DNA of 64,000 nucleotides from Giardia intestinalis (Eukaryota): NCBI GenBank assembly GCA_000002435.2, contig CM018792.1; one strand, 5' to 3'. Shown piece by piece: positions 61,298 to 64,000 of this stretch (position 1 is its first letter; each line of letters starts with the position of its first letter). The notes under the pieces were generated by a model. It saw only the letters and a program-made list of their open reading frames with translations, ran no database searches and was not told where the DNA came from. The position numbers and the translations under genes were made by a program.

Positions 61298-62848
61298 ATG
61301 ACACAAGTCAGGACAATTGTACGGTCTCGAGAAGACGGTGCGCGGCGCGGAGGCTATAGGACGGCAACCACAGGTCACGATCACTTCCAAGTCGAAAAAG
61401 AGTTTGTTCGGGCTCTCACTGCAGCCAAGCTGAAGCAAATGTTTGCCAAGCCTTTTATCAGAGCCATGAACGATCACGTTGACGGAGTTTATAATATTGC
61501 ACGCCACCCTTCTTCTATTACCACATTTGCCACGGCCAGCGTTGATGGATCTGTTAAGATCTATGACATCTCCTCTGGTGCGCAGCTTAGCTCTCTCACA
61601 GCTCACACTGGCTGGATTACCGGAGTTTGCTTTCCGGCGTGTACTGCTGACATGATGGTCACCTGTGCACGTGACTCTTTGTTGCGTTTCTGGAAGCTCC
61701 CAGACATATATGCCCTCAACGATCAGTCGGTGCCACTTCATAGAAGAGAAATTCAGCTCATCTCATCCATTAATCTGGAGGCGTCGCCGGCCGGCCTGGC
61801 GCACCATGCAGCGGATCGGAAGCTCGCGCTGGCTACCCCTACCGGAGTCCACATCTTTGACCACGAACGCCAAGAGGCGCTTGCTTGTCTGACATACTCT
61901 GATGGGGGCATCATGGACTCCAGCTTTTCTACCGTGCAGTTCAACCAGGCAGAGCAGCATCTTGTCGCAGCGACTTCGGAGACATACTGTGTCTTCTTTG
62001 ACGTGCGTGTGCACCGTCCTGCCTTTCGGTTCTCTTTGTGGAGCAGGCCGTCGTGCATCACTTTCAACAACTACTACCCTAACGTGCTTGCTATCGGGGC
62101 CAACGACGGGTACTGCTACTCCTTTGATATAAGGAACTTTAGCCGCAACGACAATTATAGAGCACTGGACAGATTCACAGGAAACACTGGTGCAGTTCTG
62201 TCGTGTGCCTTTTCCCCAGACGGAAGCGTCCTAGCGACGGGTGGTTATGACAAGGCTGTACGGCTGTATGATGTACGGACCGTTGGGCCTAACATGACTC
62301 TGAAGAACCACCGTGGTGAGGTCATCTTCCAGTCATTGGAGACGGCTGGGCTTCCCATGGGGGAGACACGCGACAAGTTGGAAATGGCTGAGTACAGCAA
62401 CCAGGAGACCATGTGCTCCGATGTTAGCAAGTCGCGGAATCACCCTTTCGCATTTAACATACAGCCATACGACACCTATCATAACCCTCGCATGATGCGT
62501 GTCTGGGCACTTGCATTCAGCGGCGATGGGCGCTTCCTACTTACTGGGTCGGATGATGCAAACCTCCGTGTGTGGAAGACTAGAGCATCTGAGTCACTGA
62601 AGACCTTGACGAGGTCAGAAGCAGACGCCATCGACTACCGAGAGACGTTAGTCAACAAGTTCCAGAACGTGCCAGCAGTCCGGCAGGTGTTAAAGAGTCA
62701 TCGCTTGCCTCACCTCCTTACTGTTGCACGCCGACGAGCAATCATACACAATCAAGCCGAGCGGAGGAAAGACGAGAACAGACGTACGCATAGACACGAG
62801 GAGGTGCCGTCTGCGGCTTCCCGTGTTGTTCACAGCGTTGACAAGTGA
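61298..62848 (+). CDS. SOF1: Sof1/DCAF13 WD40-repeat protein (U3 snoRNP / SSU processome)
   Basis: N-terminal ...FVRALTAAKLKQMFAKPFIRAMNDHVDGVYNIARHP... matches the Sof1 signature (ALNA.KL.R.FAKPF...GH.DGV..LAKHP). Multiple WD repeats follow. C-terminal basic Sof1 domain (...VRQVLKSHRLPHLLTVARRRAIIHNQAERRKDENRR). Confidence 0.75.
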   Translation: MTQVRTIVRSREDGARRGGYRTATTGHDHFQVEKEFVRALTAAKLKQMFAKPFIRAMNDHVDGVYNIARHPSSITTFATASVDGSVKIYDISSGAQLSSLTAHTGWITGVCFPACTADMMVTCARDSLLRFWKLPDIYALNDQSVPLHRREIQLISSINLEASPAGLAHHAADRKLALATPTGVHIFDHERQEALACLTYSDGGIMDSSFSTVQFNQAEQHLVAATSETYCVFFDVRVHRPAFRFSLWSRPSCITFNNYYPNVLAIGANDGYCYSFDIRNFSRNDNYRALDRFTGNTGAVLSCAFSPDGSVLATGGYDKAVRLYDVRTVGPNMTLKNHRGEVIFQSLETAGLPMGETRDKLEMAEYSNQETMCSDVSKSRNHPFAFNIQPYDTYHNPRMMRVWALAFSGDGRFLLTGSDDANLRVWKTRASESLKTLTRSEADAIDYRETLVNKFQNVPAVRQVLKSHRLPHLLTVARRRAIIHNQAERRKDENRRTHRHEEVPSAASRVVHSVDK

Positions 62849-63120
62849 CCACGGGTGGCATACTATAGTCAAACCGGGTCTGCTGATTGGTGCTGAGGAC
62901 TCACTCTCATCCCGGAAAGCAATTGGCTAAGGTTTGAGCCCATGCAAAGCCCTTTCCTGTAGGAGCACGCCCAGTGAATCATTGGGTCTCTGCTTGCAAC
63001 GCTCCTGGCTGAACTTTAGCCAATTACGTCTGACAGCCTTTACTAACCACGGTATGTGTTAACTGAAACACATAATTAATTATAGTGTAAAAAGCGTGTA
63101 GTTTTTACATATTAGTTTTA

Positions 63121-64000
63121 CATATGTTCTTGGCCGTGCTGCTCCTCTCTGTGGCCATCAGTGCCTACACGGTGACCTTCGTTGCGGATCCGCACTACGA
63201 CCCTCTCTATAAGGAAGATTCCAACCCCAGCGAGAATTGCCGCGTCAGTGGTGGTGCAGCACCTAATATAACTTATCCGTATGGCCAATACAAATGTGGA
63301 GCAGTTGACAAAGCGCTGGATGTGCTCGTGGATGCTCTCCGTCAGACAACTAAGACGTCTAACATCTCTTTCATGATCGGCGACGCCATCCTAGGTAAGC
63401 ATGCAAATCGTGAGGACCATGACCAGGCGATTAAATCCTTGTATGATAAGATTCGCAGCGGAATCAACGGACCTCTTTACCCCGTACTGGGCAACACCGA
63501 GTTCTATGGGATCAATCATTCATCATCCAACGAAGAAATTCTCTCACAGATTGAGAAGCTTGGTAAGCTTACCGGCCTTGAGAGTGTTTCTCCATCGGCG
63601 TACAAACAATTTCTTAACGGTGGCTACTACTCTGTTAGGGATGGCAGACTAAAGTTTATAGTCATCAACACGGGGCTGTATAACTCTCTTCAGAAGAGGG
63701 AGGAAGAGGATCCTCTTGGGCAAGTGGCCTTTGTTAAGGCGGAGTTGGAGGATTGCCGTAAGTCTAAGTGTCGGGTGGCAGTAATACAGCACATCCCCTT
63801 GATGATGTCCACGTACACTGGTACATATACCATGCAGCAAAGGTACTCTGATGCTCTAAGGCATTTGTACTGCGAATATTATGACGTGGTAGCGAACATT
63901 CACGCTGCAGAGGATCACCGCGACGAGTTCAAACTGATTTACTGTCAGAGCAACGCTTCAGGAATCCCTCTCTTCATGCTGCCTGCCATCTCTCCGAATA
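63121..64000 (+). CDS. Acid sphingomyelinase-like phosphodiesterase (calcineurin-like metallophosphoesterase), 3'-truncated by window end
   Basis: ATG at 63121 gives MFLAVLLLSVAISAYT (signal peptide), then TFVADPHYD (DxH), MIGDAILGKH (GDxxxxxH), VLGNTEF (GNHE-like), VIQHIPL. This is the order of ASM-like PDE metal-binding motifs. There is no stop before position 64000, so it is absent from the ORF track. Confidence 0.6.

Overview
This window appears to be Giardia intestinalis (lamblia) nuclear DNA. The call rests on the diagnostic VSP tail ...[20 protein letters not shown] followed by the extended polyadenylation motif ACTTAGGTAGTGAAT, repeated about 22 times on the minus strand. Positions 302-2755 (-) hold one complete high-cysteine membrane protein (HCMP). 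Positions 3444-44887 (-) hold a roughly 41 kb head-to-tail array of 21 variant-specific surface protein (VSP) units. Each of these lacks a promoter, a start in context, a signal peptide and the N-terminal ~180 aa. Each begins at the same internal point (...SEICTKAEGG[L/V]CTEC...) and carries its own TM-CRGKA tail, stop and polyA signal. The array is capped at its 5' end by a single full-length VSP gene with a signal peptide (42818-44887). The truncated units fall into about six sequence families (A-F), reshuffled in blocks at conserved motifs. Several units are byte-identical copies and three are frameshifted. The complete gene is itself a patchwork of blocks present in the truncated units. 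I read this as a possible expression-site plus silent-cassette archive, analogous to vlsE/vls, pilE/pilS and VSG mosaics, or alternatively an RNAi-trigger locus. It could also simply be the product of repeated unequal crossover. Upstream of the complete VSP lies a GC-rich stop-free tract (about 44.9-46.4 kb), then a ~1.2 kb AT-rich ORF-free gap. After that comes a compact housekeeping block: a polytopic membrane protein, radial spoke protein 3, a 1347-aa hypothetical, a coiled-coil protein, V-ATPase subunit F, a rhomboid/derlin-like protein, a tandem-type thymidine kinase, an 877-aa hypothetical, Sof1/DCAF13, and a 3'-truncated acid-sphingomyelinase-like phosphodiesterase. Plus-strand ORFs across the array are antisense artefacts of the Cys/Thr/Gly-rich coding strand. 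Alternative start codons (GTG/TTG) in the ORF track explain the apparent 'M' starts of most cassettes.
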